From IMG/VR virus record IMGVR_UViG_3300050128_000007: a stretch of DNA of 62,769 bases. One strand, 5' to 3'. The translations under genes were made by a program, and so were the position numbers. Source of the DNA: a virus. Under the pieces are notes generated by a model, which saw only the letters and a list, made by a program, of their open reading frames with translations, had not been told where the DNA came from and did not search any database. Positions 34,475-42,830 of this stretch are shown here, piece by piece; position 1 is the first letter of the stretch, and every line of letters begins with the position of its first letter.

Positions 34475-35274
34475 GATGTGGCACCTTGCTCTTGGAAGCT
34501 CGCCATGTCCTCGTCCAACTGAGCGAAGTTGATCGCCTCTGGTGAATTTCCAGAGGCGATCAAATACTCACGGCTGAGATAGGCCAGCCCTCGCATCTGC
34601 GGATATTGGTATTTGGCGAGATAGGCGTCATTCGTGGCCTGTAAAGCGCCCCATGTGACGACTTGCCGATTCCCAGCGCTGTTGCGTCCGACATACGCCG
34701 TGTAGTGGCCTCCGGTCCCGACGGCGCTAGTATCGTCCCATACTTCACCCTGGCTAAATTGACCCTCGGCACTGTCCGGCAAAACCCAACAGATAGCGGC
34801 GGCACCAAATAGAACAACCGCCAAGTCCAATTCGTCAGGATCGTTGATAGACGCAAACGGCCCAATCTTGTGGACGACGCCGACCGCATCCGTAATGCCG
34901 ACCGTCTGCCGCCATGACGCCAGCACAACAGGATCGAGTCCCGTATCGGTAGCTGGATTGTTCGGGTCATAGGGTAAGCCGCCGGCAGCGACTAGCGCGC
35001 GGGAATAGTCGGCGAGACCCGAGGCGTCGGTGAAAGGAGGGATCGGGCGCCCCGTGGCCCAGAACCACGTTTGCGTCTCGTGGCTTGCGCCGGCGATAGG
35101 GCAGTCTCCAGCCGTGCGGTTTCCGACGTTTCCCCATCCACCATCTACCGGCGGCTGCGCTCTGCCGACGTGGCCAAACACCTTGGGCACGACCGGCAGA
35201 TTGGCGCGAATCAAATAGTCGCCCAAGCGAATCCTGACGGCTCCTGGCTGCGGCAATAGCATTCCTCGCTTCAT
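34471..35274 (-). CDS. Putative papain-like cysteine peptidase (267 aa)
   Basis: NRTAGDCPIAGASHE and a later TGGHYTAYVG are Cys/His candidates. ATGA coupling to the upstream ORF. Confidence 0.4.
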   Translation of the reverse strand: MKRGMLLPQPGAVRIRLGDYLIRANLPVVPKVFGHVGRAQPPVDGGWGNVGNRTAGDCPIAGASHETQTWFWATGRPIPPFTDASGLADYSRALVAAGGLPYDPNNPATDTGLDPVVLASWRQTVGITDAVGVVHKIGPFASINDPDELDLAVVLFGAAAICWVLPDSAEGQFSQGEVWDDTSAVGTGGHYTAYVGRNSAGNRQVVTWGALQATNDAYLAKYQYPQMRGLAYLSREYLIASGNSPEAINFAQLDEDMASFQEQGATS

Positions 35275-35516
35275 GATTTTTTTATCTCATGCATGATGCG
35301 GATGAGTCTGCTTATGCTCTGGTGCCGCCATATCGTCGCGCGCCATAGCCAGGTGTGGGCGATCAACCAAACCGTTGCCGCGCCCATGATGGCCCATTTC
35401 CCGCTTCCCCGAATGATCCAAAAGATCGCCGCCTCCCCCATGACCAGCGTCAATTGGCCTATGAGGATCGGTCTTGCTTCCGACCAGATCGGCAGCGCGG
35501 CGGCGATTTTCTTCAT
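35271..35516 (-). CDS. Two-TM membrane protein (81 aa), possibly the C-terminal part of the upstream wHTH protein
   Basis: No SD. Its ATG is embedded in ...TTCGATGAAGAAAATC... of the wHTH frame. Its stop overlaps the next ATG (ATGA). Confidence 0.5.
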   Translation of the reverse strand: MKKIAAALPIWSEARPILIGQLTLVMGEAAIFWIIRGSGKWAIMGAATVWLIAHTWLWRATIWRHQSISRLIRIMHEIKKS

Positions 35517-35820
35517 CGAAGTAGTATCCGGTATGTTTTTCCGTTTCGATCACGATGTTACGGGGTTTAAGCAAAACTCTCAGCCGATGAATAATCGTGT
35601 CGATGATGCGGAGGCCCGCCGGCTGCTCGTCCTCATGGAGTTCGCCGTAAATCGCTGGAAACGCAAACTCGCGTGTCACCAACCGATGCCGCACCAAAAG
35701 CCCAAGGAGGCTCCATTCTCTGACGCCGAAACCAGTGATCCTCGGTAACACCGCGCGCATACCGAGCAGTTCTTCCAATTCTTCGATGCGCGATTCAAGT
35801 CTGCTTATTCGTGAGATCAT
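35287..35820 (-). CDS. OmpR/PhoB-type winged-helix DNA-binding domain protein (the domain ends near 35490; the rest overlaps the 81-aa ORF)
   Basis: ATG 35820 checked. REWSLLGLLVRHRLVTREFAF...RIIDTIIHRLRVLLKPRNIVIETEKHTGYYF. Confidence 0.6.
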   Translation of the reverse strand: MISRISRLESRIEELEELLGMRAVLPRITGFGVREWSLLGLLVRHRLVTREFAFPAIYGELHEDEQPAGLRIIDTIIHRLRVLLKPRNIVIETEKHTGYYFDEENRRRAADLVGSKTDPHRPIDAGHGGGGDLLDHSGKREMGHHGRGNGLVDRPHLAMARDDMAAPEHKQTHPHHA

Positions 35821-35911
35821 CCGCGCACCAACAGCCAAACGATGACGACGGCGGCCGATAGGAGAAAGGCCACTATGGCCCTCTCCCATCGCTCTTTGGT
35901 CGATAGACCCA

Positions 35912-36328
35912 TTACGCAGAAAATACCGCGATGCCGTTCTTCGTGTAGCCGACGACGCCGCTAGACGGCAACGGCAGTCCGAAACGGGCATATACCGACT
36001 TTGACTTTCCCGATGCGCCCAGCGTCGGCGGGTTCGCCACGAGGTTCTGGAGATACGAGATCACCGTGTTGATCGCGGTGCTCCCGATGCTTACGATGGT
36101 CGCGTATGCTGGGCCGAACAGGCTGGCGGCCGTGGCTGCGATGCTTTCAGCGGCGGGAATGTAACTGGCTACAGCCGCCACCGCGTTGGAGATAAAGGTA
36201 AGAACCGCCGCGCTCAGTCCATAAGAGCCGTTGGCGTTCTGCTGAAAGAGGGCGCAGCCGGAAACGGCGATGGCCGGGATGGCTACCGCCGCGCTGCTCA
36301 AGAGCGATCTACGTGATAGGTTCTGCAT
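35912..36328 (-). CDS. Tat-signal lipoprotein (138 aa)
   Basis: SRRSLLSSAAVAIPAIAVSGC combines a twin-arginine motif with a lipobox. Confidence 0.6.
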   Translation of the reverse strand: MQNLSRRSLLSSAAVAIPAIAVSGCALFQQNANGSYGLSAAVLTFISNAVAAVASYIPAAESIAATAASLFGPAYATIVSIGSTAINTVISYLQNLVANPPTLGASGKSKSVYARFGLPLPSSGVVGYTKNGIAVFSA

Positions 36329-36359
36329 GGTAAGGTTCCTTTGGTTCGAGGTTGGACGT

Positions 36360-36686
36360 TCACTTTTCGCCGGTCGCTTTAGGCGGCCCTACAACCTTGT
36401 CAAGTGCCGGCGTCGCATCGGCCATCGCCTGTGAGGTCACAATAGACTTAACCTCTGGAATAGCCGAGGCGCTGGCAAGACGGCTACCCGTAGTAGTAGC
36501 GCCTCCATTGAGGATAGTCGTTATTGTTGACCCGACGAAAGCGATGATACCGCACCATGCGGTCAACGGTTGGATGAGATTAGCCGGAACGGCATTGGTC
36601 AAAACCAATGTCCCGCTCGAAATTCCGATTGCTACGGTAATGACAATGCTGATCCAGAAACGGATTGTCGGATCGACGGTCGGCAT
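36360..36686 (-). CDS. Holin candidate (108 aa, 2 TM)
   Basis: FWISIVITVAIGISSGTLVL and AWCGIIAFVGSTITTIL, with a hydrophilic tail. It lies close to the endolysin gene. Confidence 0.45.
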   Translation of the reverse strand: MPTVDPTIRFWISIVITVAIGISSGTLVLTNAVPANLIQPLTAWCGIIAFVGSTITTILNGGATTTGSRLASASAIPEVKSIVTSQAMADATPALDKVVGPPKATGEK

Positions 36687-36689
36687 GGG

Positions 36690-36950
36690 TTAACTCTCCG
36701 TTGTTGCGGCCTGCCATTGCAGACCAAGTTTTTCGGCGATAAACGCCCACACCGGATCGGGCAACTCATCGAGGTCGGCCTGCGTACATAGCACGCCGCT
36801 GGAGAAAATACCAGCGCCGGATTGCAATTTTGCCTGCAAATCGGCCGGTATCTGGTTCCATAGCCCAGCACTCTGCAAATCCGAAATGCCTATCGAATCC
36901 TGTAGGCCAGATATTTGGTATGGCAGAGGGAAGCCGTATTTCCTAGCCAC
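36690..36950 (-). CDS. Hypothetical protein (86 aa)
   Basis: ORF overlapping the upstream gene by 8 nt. Confidence 0.55.
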   Translation of the reverse strand: MARKYGFPLPYQISGLQDSIGISDLQSAGLWNQIPADLQAKLQSGAGIFSSGVLCTQADLDELPDPVWAFIAEKLGLQWQAATTES

Positions 36951-37674
36951 CTGAATCCTCCAATGCGCGCGCTGCGCTCTGCAACGTGTCTAGCGACGCA
37001 TAGTAATCCGCCGCTATCTTAGGCAGATCAAGAGTTTGCAGCCATGGTTCCGTTTCGAGTTGCTGGATCAGATAGGCCATATCCACAGAACCATCGGCGG
37101 ACATGATCGCGCCACGAGCTGCGAGCGGGAGCGTTTCGCTGGCGTCATCGCTACACGACCGAAACACGTTGAACGGCAGACCTTTGGCTTTGGCGAACAC
37201 GGCGACGGAATAGGTCTCGTCGTCCATTGCCCACGCGCCAGTAGCGGCGTGAATCGCAGCGCGTTGCAATTGGGTATCCGATTGGTCCATGATGCCCGTC
37301 GAACACCACGGCACGACGCCGAGATTCTTGTTCCACATAACCGGCACCGGATCAGCCGGCCCCGGCGAGTTCGGCACCACGCTACGGCCCAACTGTAAAA
37401 CCGCGTTGTTCCATTTCGGATCGCAAGTGAAGGTGTTGCCTTTTCCGTCCGCAACGGTAGATGCCAGCACCACATCGGCGATAGCCATCGGGTAGAATAG
37501 GCCTCCGAAAAGCCCCATCGATACGATCCGCGTACAATTTTCCGGTACGAGCGTCGCCAGATTATTCTTTGCAGTTCCGGTCAGCACGAGATTGTCTGGA
37601 AACGCCACGTTGAGCCGCGAGAACTCGGAAGGCATACCGCACAAAATAACATCGGAAGGTCGGATGAGGCTCAT
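36943..37674 (-). CDS. HpnG-like nucleoside phosphorylase family protein (PNP_UDP_1 superfamily)
   Basis: VILCGMPSEF, IVSMGLFGGL and ATGAWAMDDETYSVAVFAKAKGLPFNVFRSCSDDASETLP follow the MTAN/HpnG pattern. ATGA overlap with the endolysin stop. Confidence 0.55.
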   Translation of the reverse strand: MSLIRPSDVILCGMPSEFSRLNVAFPDNLVLTGTAKNNLATLVPENCTRIVSMGLFGGLFYPMAIADVVLASTVADGKGNTFTCDPKWNNAVLQLGRSVVPNSPGPADPVPVMWNKNLGVVPWCSTGIMDQSDTQLQRAAIHAATGAWAMDDETYSVAVFAKAKGLPFNVFRSCSDDASETLPLAARGAIMSADGSVDMAYLIQQLETEPWLQTLDLPKIAADYYASLDTLQSAARALEDSGG

Positions 37675-38360
37675 GCTGATACGCCGAGAGCTTGTTTCCA
37701 AGAGGCGGTCCATGTTTGGCGCTGCGCCAATCCGATAGTTCCGCCGTTAAGTTTTTTGGTCACGCTGAGAATATCGCCTTGCTCGGCGAATGGCAGGCAA
37801 CCGCAGAGGATGAAGTCTGCAACCCCGCACTCTAGCGTCGTCGCTGGTGCCGTCAGAATTTCAGGATGGTCGAGAACGTCGAGACCGGTCAGTTGTGCAA
37901 CGCCGATGTAGCCGCTCGGGGGAGATGCTACCCCTCGGCCCGTGCATTGAGAAAGCCCGCGACCGATATACGTCGAACCATCGTTCGTCCCCGGTCGATT
38001 GCCCAACTCTGACCCCAGAACGGTCCCGTAGATGTAATTTATCAGCTTAACGTCAAACGCAGGATCACCCGCAAATGATCTGGTGACCTGATAGACTTGT
38101 GCTACGCTGCTGAAATTAGAAGGCCATACTTGGCAAGCACGAACCGGCGTGTAATTTATGTTCTCGACCAGCTCAATACCGCCCCCCGTCTCAGCCGAAA
38201 ACTGGCCAAACATCATTGCCACAACAAGCTCGGTCGCGATCCCGTACTTCGCAAACACAGTCGGCGCGCTAGCCGCAATGCCCTCAAGCAAGCCGGGGAC
38301 CGTGCTGTCGCCTAGCGGCCAAAGTTTTTGAAGTGTTGCCAGCGTGAGAATAGCGGTCAT
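37671..38360 (-). CDS. Glycoside hydrolase family 19 endolysin
   Basis: FGQFSAETGGGIELVEN, YIGRGLSQCTGRG and KKLNGGTIGLAQRQ motifs. ATG 38360. Confidence 0.8.
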   Translation of the reverse strand: MTAILTLATLQKLWPLGDSTVPGLLEGIAASAPTVFAKYGIATELVVAMMFGQFSAETGGGIELVENINYTPVRACQVWPSNFSSVAQVYQVTRSFAGDPAFDVKLINYIYGTVLGSELGNRPGTNDGSTYIGRGLSQCTGRGVASPPSGYIGVAQLTGLDVLDHPEILTAPATTLECGVADFILCGCLPFAEQGDILSVTKKLNGGTIGLAQRQTWTASWKQALGVSA

Positions 38361-38427
38361 AACCGACACAACTCCCGCACCGCCCAGCAAAGCATGTAAA
38401 CCGTAATCGCGAGCAGGACTGGGTCCC

Positions 38428-38889
38428 TCATGATTCGGTGCCTTTCAAAAAGCATCGAATCAGTGTCTCGCCGGCATCGCCTTTGTAGGGCCAGACATAC
38501 GCCAGGCCAGCCCGGTTCGGCTCATGCACAATGGCTTCGTCGGGGACGGTGATTTTTTGGCCGTCAACAACTACCCAATAATGGCCGTCCTCGGTCCCCC
38601 ATTCGGCGTTCTCAATCTTACGGCCATCGGTAAATGAGCAGCATAAGCCTTTTCCACTTGCGAGACTGTCAAACCACGGCTTCAAAACGTCATTGGCGTA
38701 GCGGCCGTTATCATGCGGCCACGCGATCGTCATGCTGGCAATCCACGTCGTAAACGCCACCGCGCCGACAATCAGCAACGAACCAACAATTCCGATCACG
38801 GCTACAACAAAGCGCCTGAAAGCGCGATTGGCGTCGTGGTCCTCATCTTTGGACCAGTCGCGTTGCGGGAGGCCAAAGTTGCGTGGCAT
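38428..38889 (-). CDS. N-terminally anchored periplasmic protein (153 aa)
   Basis: ATG 38889 follows GAGGAA. TM segment FVVAVIGIVGSLLIVGAVAFTTWI. The periplasmic part contains Cys. Confidence 0.55.
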   Translation of the reverse strand: MPRNFGLPQRDWSKDEDHDANRAFRRFVVAVIGIVGSLLIVGAVAFTTWIASMTIAWPHDNGRYANDVLKPWFDSLASGKGLCCSFTDGRKIENAEWGTEDGHYWVVVDGQKITVPDEAIVHEPNRAGLAYVWPYKGDAGETLIRCFLKGTES

Positions 38890-39070
38890 CTCTGTTCCTC
38901 GATTTTCTGACGCCGACGCAACCCGCGCTGCCAAACCAAGATGATCGAAGCCATCCATTTTTTATTCTCGCACACTGGACAAAAGATTTTCCGCGTCGCT
39001 CTATTTCGGTCGCTATAAACGCGAATCAACATTGTCTGCGGATGGTATTTACAAAACCAGCCCGCGATAC

Positions 39071-39307
39071 TCACGGGGTTTTCTTCGGCTCCGCTTCCTT
39101 GGCTTTCTTCTCTTCCTCAAGTTGTTTGATCTTGGCTTGGGCCTGAGCTAGCTGTCCTTGCAAGACAATGGATTGCTCCGCACCCTGAGCTAATTGACTA
39201 ACGATATTACCGACCTGCAATGCTGCCTGACTCGGCGAGATTTGCTGCTGCTGCGCAAACGCCGCCGAAGGCAACGCAAGCATAAATGCGACTAAAGCAA
39301 ACTTCAT
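39071..39307 (-). CDS. Secreted coiled-coil protein (78 aa), paralogue of 39432..39743
   Basis: Signal peptide MKFALVAFMLALPSAAFA, then QQQQISPSQAAL and a heptad-rich Lys/Glu tail. Confidence 0.6.
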   Translation of the reverse strand: MKFALVAFMLALPSAAFAQQQQISPSQAALQVGNIVSQLAQGAEQSIVLQGQLAQAQAKIKQLEEEKKAKEAEPKKTP

Positions 39308-39321
39308 ATGATGTTCCTCTG

Positions 39322-39411
39322 TTAAGCGCCCAAGATCGAGGCGGTTACGAAAAGAGCTAAAAGACTACCGTAGATCATAGCGACGAGCAACCAAGAGCGC
39401 CAATCTTTCAT
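39322..39411 (-). CDS. Possible 29-aa membrane peptide
   Basis: MKDWRSWLLVAMIYGSLLALFVTASILGA. It has no clear SD. Confidence 0.25.
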   Translation of the reverse strand: MKDWRSWLLVAMIYGSLLALFVTASILGA

Positions 39412-39431
39412 TCGGGAGATAGGCAGAACTG

Positions 39432-39743
39432 CTATTTGGCGGATTTTGCTGCGCCGAGCGCGTCGTCTCGCTCTTTCGTGAGGCGCGCGACTTGGCTATT
39501 CAGATCTTCAATATTCTTCTTTAATTCAGTGGCCTGCTTGTCGAGGTCTTCAAGCTGCTTATTTTTGGCGGCAACATCGCCGCGCATAGAAATCAGCGAT
39601 GTATTGCACATCAGGCCAGTGTTGATTTCGTTAAGCAGCTTGTCGCCAAGCGCCTGTTCGTGCGGCGATGCCTGTTGCTGTGCCAACGCTGGAGCAGCCG
39701 CAAGAACCGCGACCAAGACAGCAAACAAAAGTGGCAACCTCAT
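39432..39743 (-). CDS. Secreted coiled-coil protein (103 aa)
   Basis: Signal peptide MRLPLLFAVLVAVLAAAPALA, then QQQASPHEQAL and a coiled coil. Confidence 0.6.
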   Translation of the reverse strand: MRLPLLFAVLVAVLAAAPALAQQQASPHEQALGDKLLNEINTGLMCNTSLISMRGDVAAKNKQLEDLDKQATELKKNIEDLNSQVARLTKERDDALGAAKSAK

Positions 39744-39754
39744 TGCTAAGTCTC

Positions 39755-40993
39755 CTAAAATTCGAAAGCTGTGCAGTTCAGATTGAGTGCGGTTGCAGTG
39801 CCGCCGCCATTGGCCGCGAGATAGAGATCAAACCAGTATGCAGTGCCAGGGGTCAGTCCGGTGATGATGCCGCCTGATGTAAAAGGAATGCGCGGATTGG
39901 CATTGGCCGATTGGGCAATGGACGAAATCGGGCCGTTCACCGCAGTGCCAGTTACCGATACGCCGTTGCCCGGTGCCGTGCTGGTCCCGTAATAGGCCGT
40001 GAAAACGCCGCCATCGGCGGCCGCGCTGCTTCCAATGTCGCCGATGAACCAAATCTGGACGCGAGTGCTGTAGGTCGGCGTAAGCTTGCAAGTGCCGCCG
40101 AGACCCATCATCACGCCGGTTGTATTCGTGGTGCCGGTCGGATTGCTCGGCGAAGCCTGCAGCGTCGCGCTGTTATAGAGATTAAGCGTTCCGGAAGCTG
40201 CTGGGAGCGTGATCGTATAGGCCGTCGCGCTGGCGTTTGCGCTGGTGAACGTCGTGCAGCCGGTCGAGGAGCCGAGGATGCACAGATCACTATTGTTGAA
40301 GGTCTTGAGCGCCGTAAAGGTTTCCGCCAGTCCCAAGAGGCTGAGCGTGCCGCTCGCAGCTGGGGCGGTAAGCGTGTAGTTGGTTGCGCTTGCATTCGCG
40401 CTTGCAAACGTCGTTATGCCGGATGAGCTGCCTGGGATGGCGAAGTTGACCGTGACGCCGAAACCGGCCGCGCTGACCGCAATGTCGGTCCCGGCGATGA
40501 TCGAGAGTGAACCTGTCAGACCGTTCAAGGAGGAGACGCCGGCCACGCCCGATGACACCACGGAGGAAATGGTCGCCTTCTGGATCGCTCCGGCCGCAGC
40601 CGAGTAAACGATCAGGTAGTCGTTATTGCCGACAATGCTGCTGTCGTTGGTCAGTCCGGTAATCGTGGTCGGGCTGGCACCGAGGCTCGTCGGCGACAGG
40701 ACGCCGAAGCTGAGCGTGCCCGATAAATTGATAGCCCCGGCGATGGTGCCGTAGGTCGATCCCAACGTCATCGTGGTGGAGCCGAGCGTCACCGTCGCCA
40801 CGGAATAAGCCGCAGCGCCGAGCGCGCCGGAGCCGCAGATTGGCGTATTGCCGGAACCGTTGCCAAGGATTGGATAGTTCGCGCCGCAAGTAGAGAGCGT
40901 CAGCCCTTGCAAATAAGGTGTCGTGGTCAGCGGCGAAGCACTCGCCGAAATCAGCAATGCAAATAGTGCGATAATTGAAAGGAGATAGCGCAT
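39755..40993 (-). CDS. Tail fibre-like protein with an N-terminal Sec signal peptide (412 aa)
   Basis: ATG 40993 checked. MRYLLSIIALFALLISASA|SP. Internal repeat (F/T)SANASAT.YT.T.PAASGTL. Beta-rich C-terminal domain. Cys residues occur in pairs. Confidence 0.65.
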   Translation of the reverse strand: MRYLLSIIALFALLISASASPLTTTPYLQGLTLSTCGANYPILGNGSGNTPICGSGALGAAAYSVATVTLGSTTMTLGSTYGTIAGAINLSGTLSFGVLSPTSLGASPTTITGLTNDSSIVGNNDYLIVYSAAAGAIQKATISSVVSSGVAGVSSLNGLTGSLSIIAGTDIAVSAAGFGVTVNFAIPGSSSGITTFASANASATNYTLTAPAASGTLSLLGLAETFTALKTFNNSDLCILGSSTGCTTFTSANASATAYTITLPAASGTLNLYNSATLQASPSNPTGTTNTTGVMMGLGGTCKLTPTYSTRVQIWFIGDIGSSAAADGGVFTAYYGTSTAPGNGVSVTGTAVNGPISSIAQSANANPRIPFTSGGIITGLTPGTAYWFDLYLAANGGGTATALNLNCTAFEF

Positions 40994-41006
40994 TATGCTC
41001 TGTCTT

Positions 41007-42830
41007 TCAGTTCGAGATTTCGAGTGTGAGTTCACTGTCATAATTCCCGTACCAGTCCGGTCCATCGAAAGTTGATGGTGCGGTACCGGCCTCAACGGCT
41101 TGATAGAATGTGAAACCGAGGCCGGTGTAGTTGAGGGCGACAACGCACATCGAGCCTTGGTCTGCCGCCGTATATGACCCCTGACAGAGATTGCCGTTGG
41201 TGACTGCGGGCGTGCTGATGCAGTTGACACAGATGCCCGGTGAACCAGCCTGAGGCCCAGTGCTCGTGCCGTAGCTCATAGTCATGTATTCGACTAGGCG
41301 CACTTGAGAAAGGCCGAGCCCGTCGACCACGGATATGCGGTTGCCGGTGGAATTGTTCTCCGGCCGCCATGTGGGGCTGCCGTAAGGCCACTGCGAAGCA
41401 CCTTCGCGCTCGATCGCCTGCACGTTGACGCGGTTGTAAGCGTTGTAGAGACAGACGCAGTTGTTAGTGCCTCCGCTGGCCGGCGCGGGGTTTAGATTCC
41501 ATGATGTCGTGCTAGTCGCGGACGCATAGAACGTGCCGAGATAGGTTGCATTCCCGGCCGTGATTGAACTGGCGATCGTGCTACCGTTATTCGCGCAGGT
41601 CGCGATCGTGCTTGCGTTGGTAAAGTAACCATTCGCTCCTTGCGCGATGCCGTCCGCCCGCGTCGAAGCATTCGTCCATGGGTTGACGTCGTAGCAGAGC
41701 GCAGCGCTGCCTGAGCTTACGACCGCAAAGATGTCGTACAGGTTGGTCGCCACCGCATTCGTCGGCGTCAACGTCAGCGTCGCGAACGAATACCCGGTGC
41801 CGCTAATCGGGATGGATGCGGTTGCATAGGGGACGTAGCAAATCACCGCTGCGGAAACGACCGAGTTATTCTGAACTGGCGATGCACCGGAGCAACTACT
41901 CGCCTGCGCTACGAGCCGCCCACCTGGCTGGCCAATGACAGGCGGCGTTGCTGAAATCGTCTGTCCCACAATCGAAAGGCCGGTACCGAGCAGTACCGTA
42001 CCAGTAGCCCCACCAATCGACGATACACCGGTGAATACCGATGGCGCGGCCCATTTCATTTCGACTTGCTGGACATTGGCCGGGATGTTGGCGTCGAACG
42101 TGACGACGCCAGCGGCGAGGCTCCATGTATTCTGCGCTTGCGCGATGCCGTCGAAATAGATCGTGAGCTGGACTGCCGCTGTCGGCAGCGGTGTGTTGGT
42201 GATGGTCAGCGTGTCGACGGCGCCCGGAGAGGCAAAAATCTGGTCGCCGAGGCTAGCGCCACCACCGCCGCAAACGACGCCAGTGCCGCTAACTACGCCC
42301 GAGGTATTTGCCTGCAGGCATTGCGTCGAGCCAATGACACCGGAGAGCGTAAGATCATTAGCCGCGATGGTCAGACCGGCACCATTCGTAGTGACGCCGG
42401 AAATGCCACCGAAAAGGCCGTTAGTATTGTACTGGACTTGGGTGTTGATGCCGCCGGGCGTCCCGCCTCCGCTCCCGGATAGCCCGCTATAGACCGGATC
42501 AGCCGTCCAGATTTGATTGAATAAGGAATCCGTCAGGACGACCTTGTAATTGCCGTTAAGGAAAATGTTGGGGAAAACGCCGGCGGCGCTTGCGACCACA
42601 GGATTCGTATTCGGCACTGACAACAACGCATCAGAATAGGTCGTTAGCGGCGTATTGGTGCCAGAGGAATAGAAATACAAGAGCGCGCCGGGAATCGGGA
42701 CGCCGTTGCTGTCAACTACCGTCTGATATGGCAGCACGAACCGCGGCCCGAGCGGTACGGTTTGCGCCAACGCCGGCAGCGACGCAGCGAGCAAAAGGAT
42801 GAGGGCGACTAAAGACTTTTTGAAGTTCAT
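41007..42830 (-). CDS. Tail fibre protein with an N-terminal Sec signal peptide (607 aa)
   Basis: MNFKKSLVALILLLAASLPALA|Q, then a typical fibre N-domain (GVPIPGALLYFYSSGTNTPLTTYSD...NPVVASAAGVFPNIFL..YKVVLTD). There are many Cys pairs. Confidence 0.7.
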   Translation of the reverse strand: MNFKKSLVALILLLAASLPALAQTVPLGPRFVLPYQTVVDSNGVPIPGALLYFYSSGTNTPLTTYSDALLSVPNTNPVVASAAGVFPNIFLNGNYKVVLTDSLFNQIWTADPVYSGLSGSGGGTPGGINTQVQYNTNGLFGGISGVTTNGAGLTIAANDLTLSGVIGSTQCLQANTSGVVSGTGVVCGGGGASLGDQIFASPGAVDTLTITNTPLPTAAVQLTIYFDGIAQAQNTWSLAAGVVTFDANIPANVQQVEMKWAAPSVFTGVSSIGGATGTVLLGTGLSIVGQTISATPPVIGQPGGRLVAQASSCSGASPVQNNSVVSAAVICYVPYATASIPISGTGYSFATLTLTPTNAVATNLYDIFAVVSSGSAALCYDVNPWTNASTRADGIAQGANGYFTNASTIATCANNGSTIASSITAGNATYLGTFYASATSTTSWNLNPAPASGGTNNCVCLYNAYNRVNVQAIEREGASQWPYGSPTWRPENNSTGNRISVVDGLGLSQVRLVEYMTMSYGTSTGPQAGSPGICVNCISTPAVTNGNLCQGSYTAADQGSMCVVALNYTGLGFTFYQAVEAGTAPSTFDGPDWYGNYDSELTLEISN

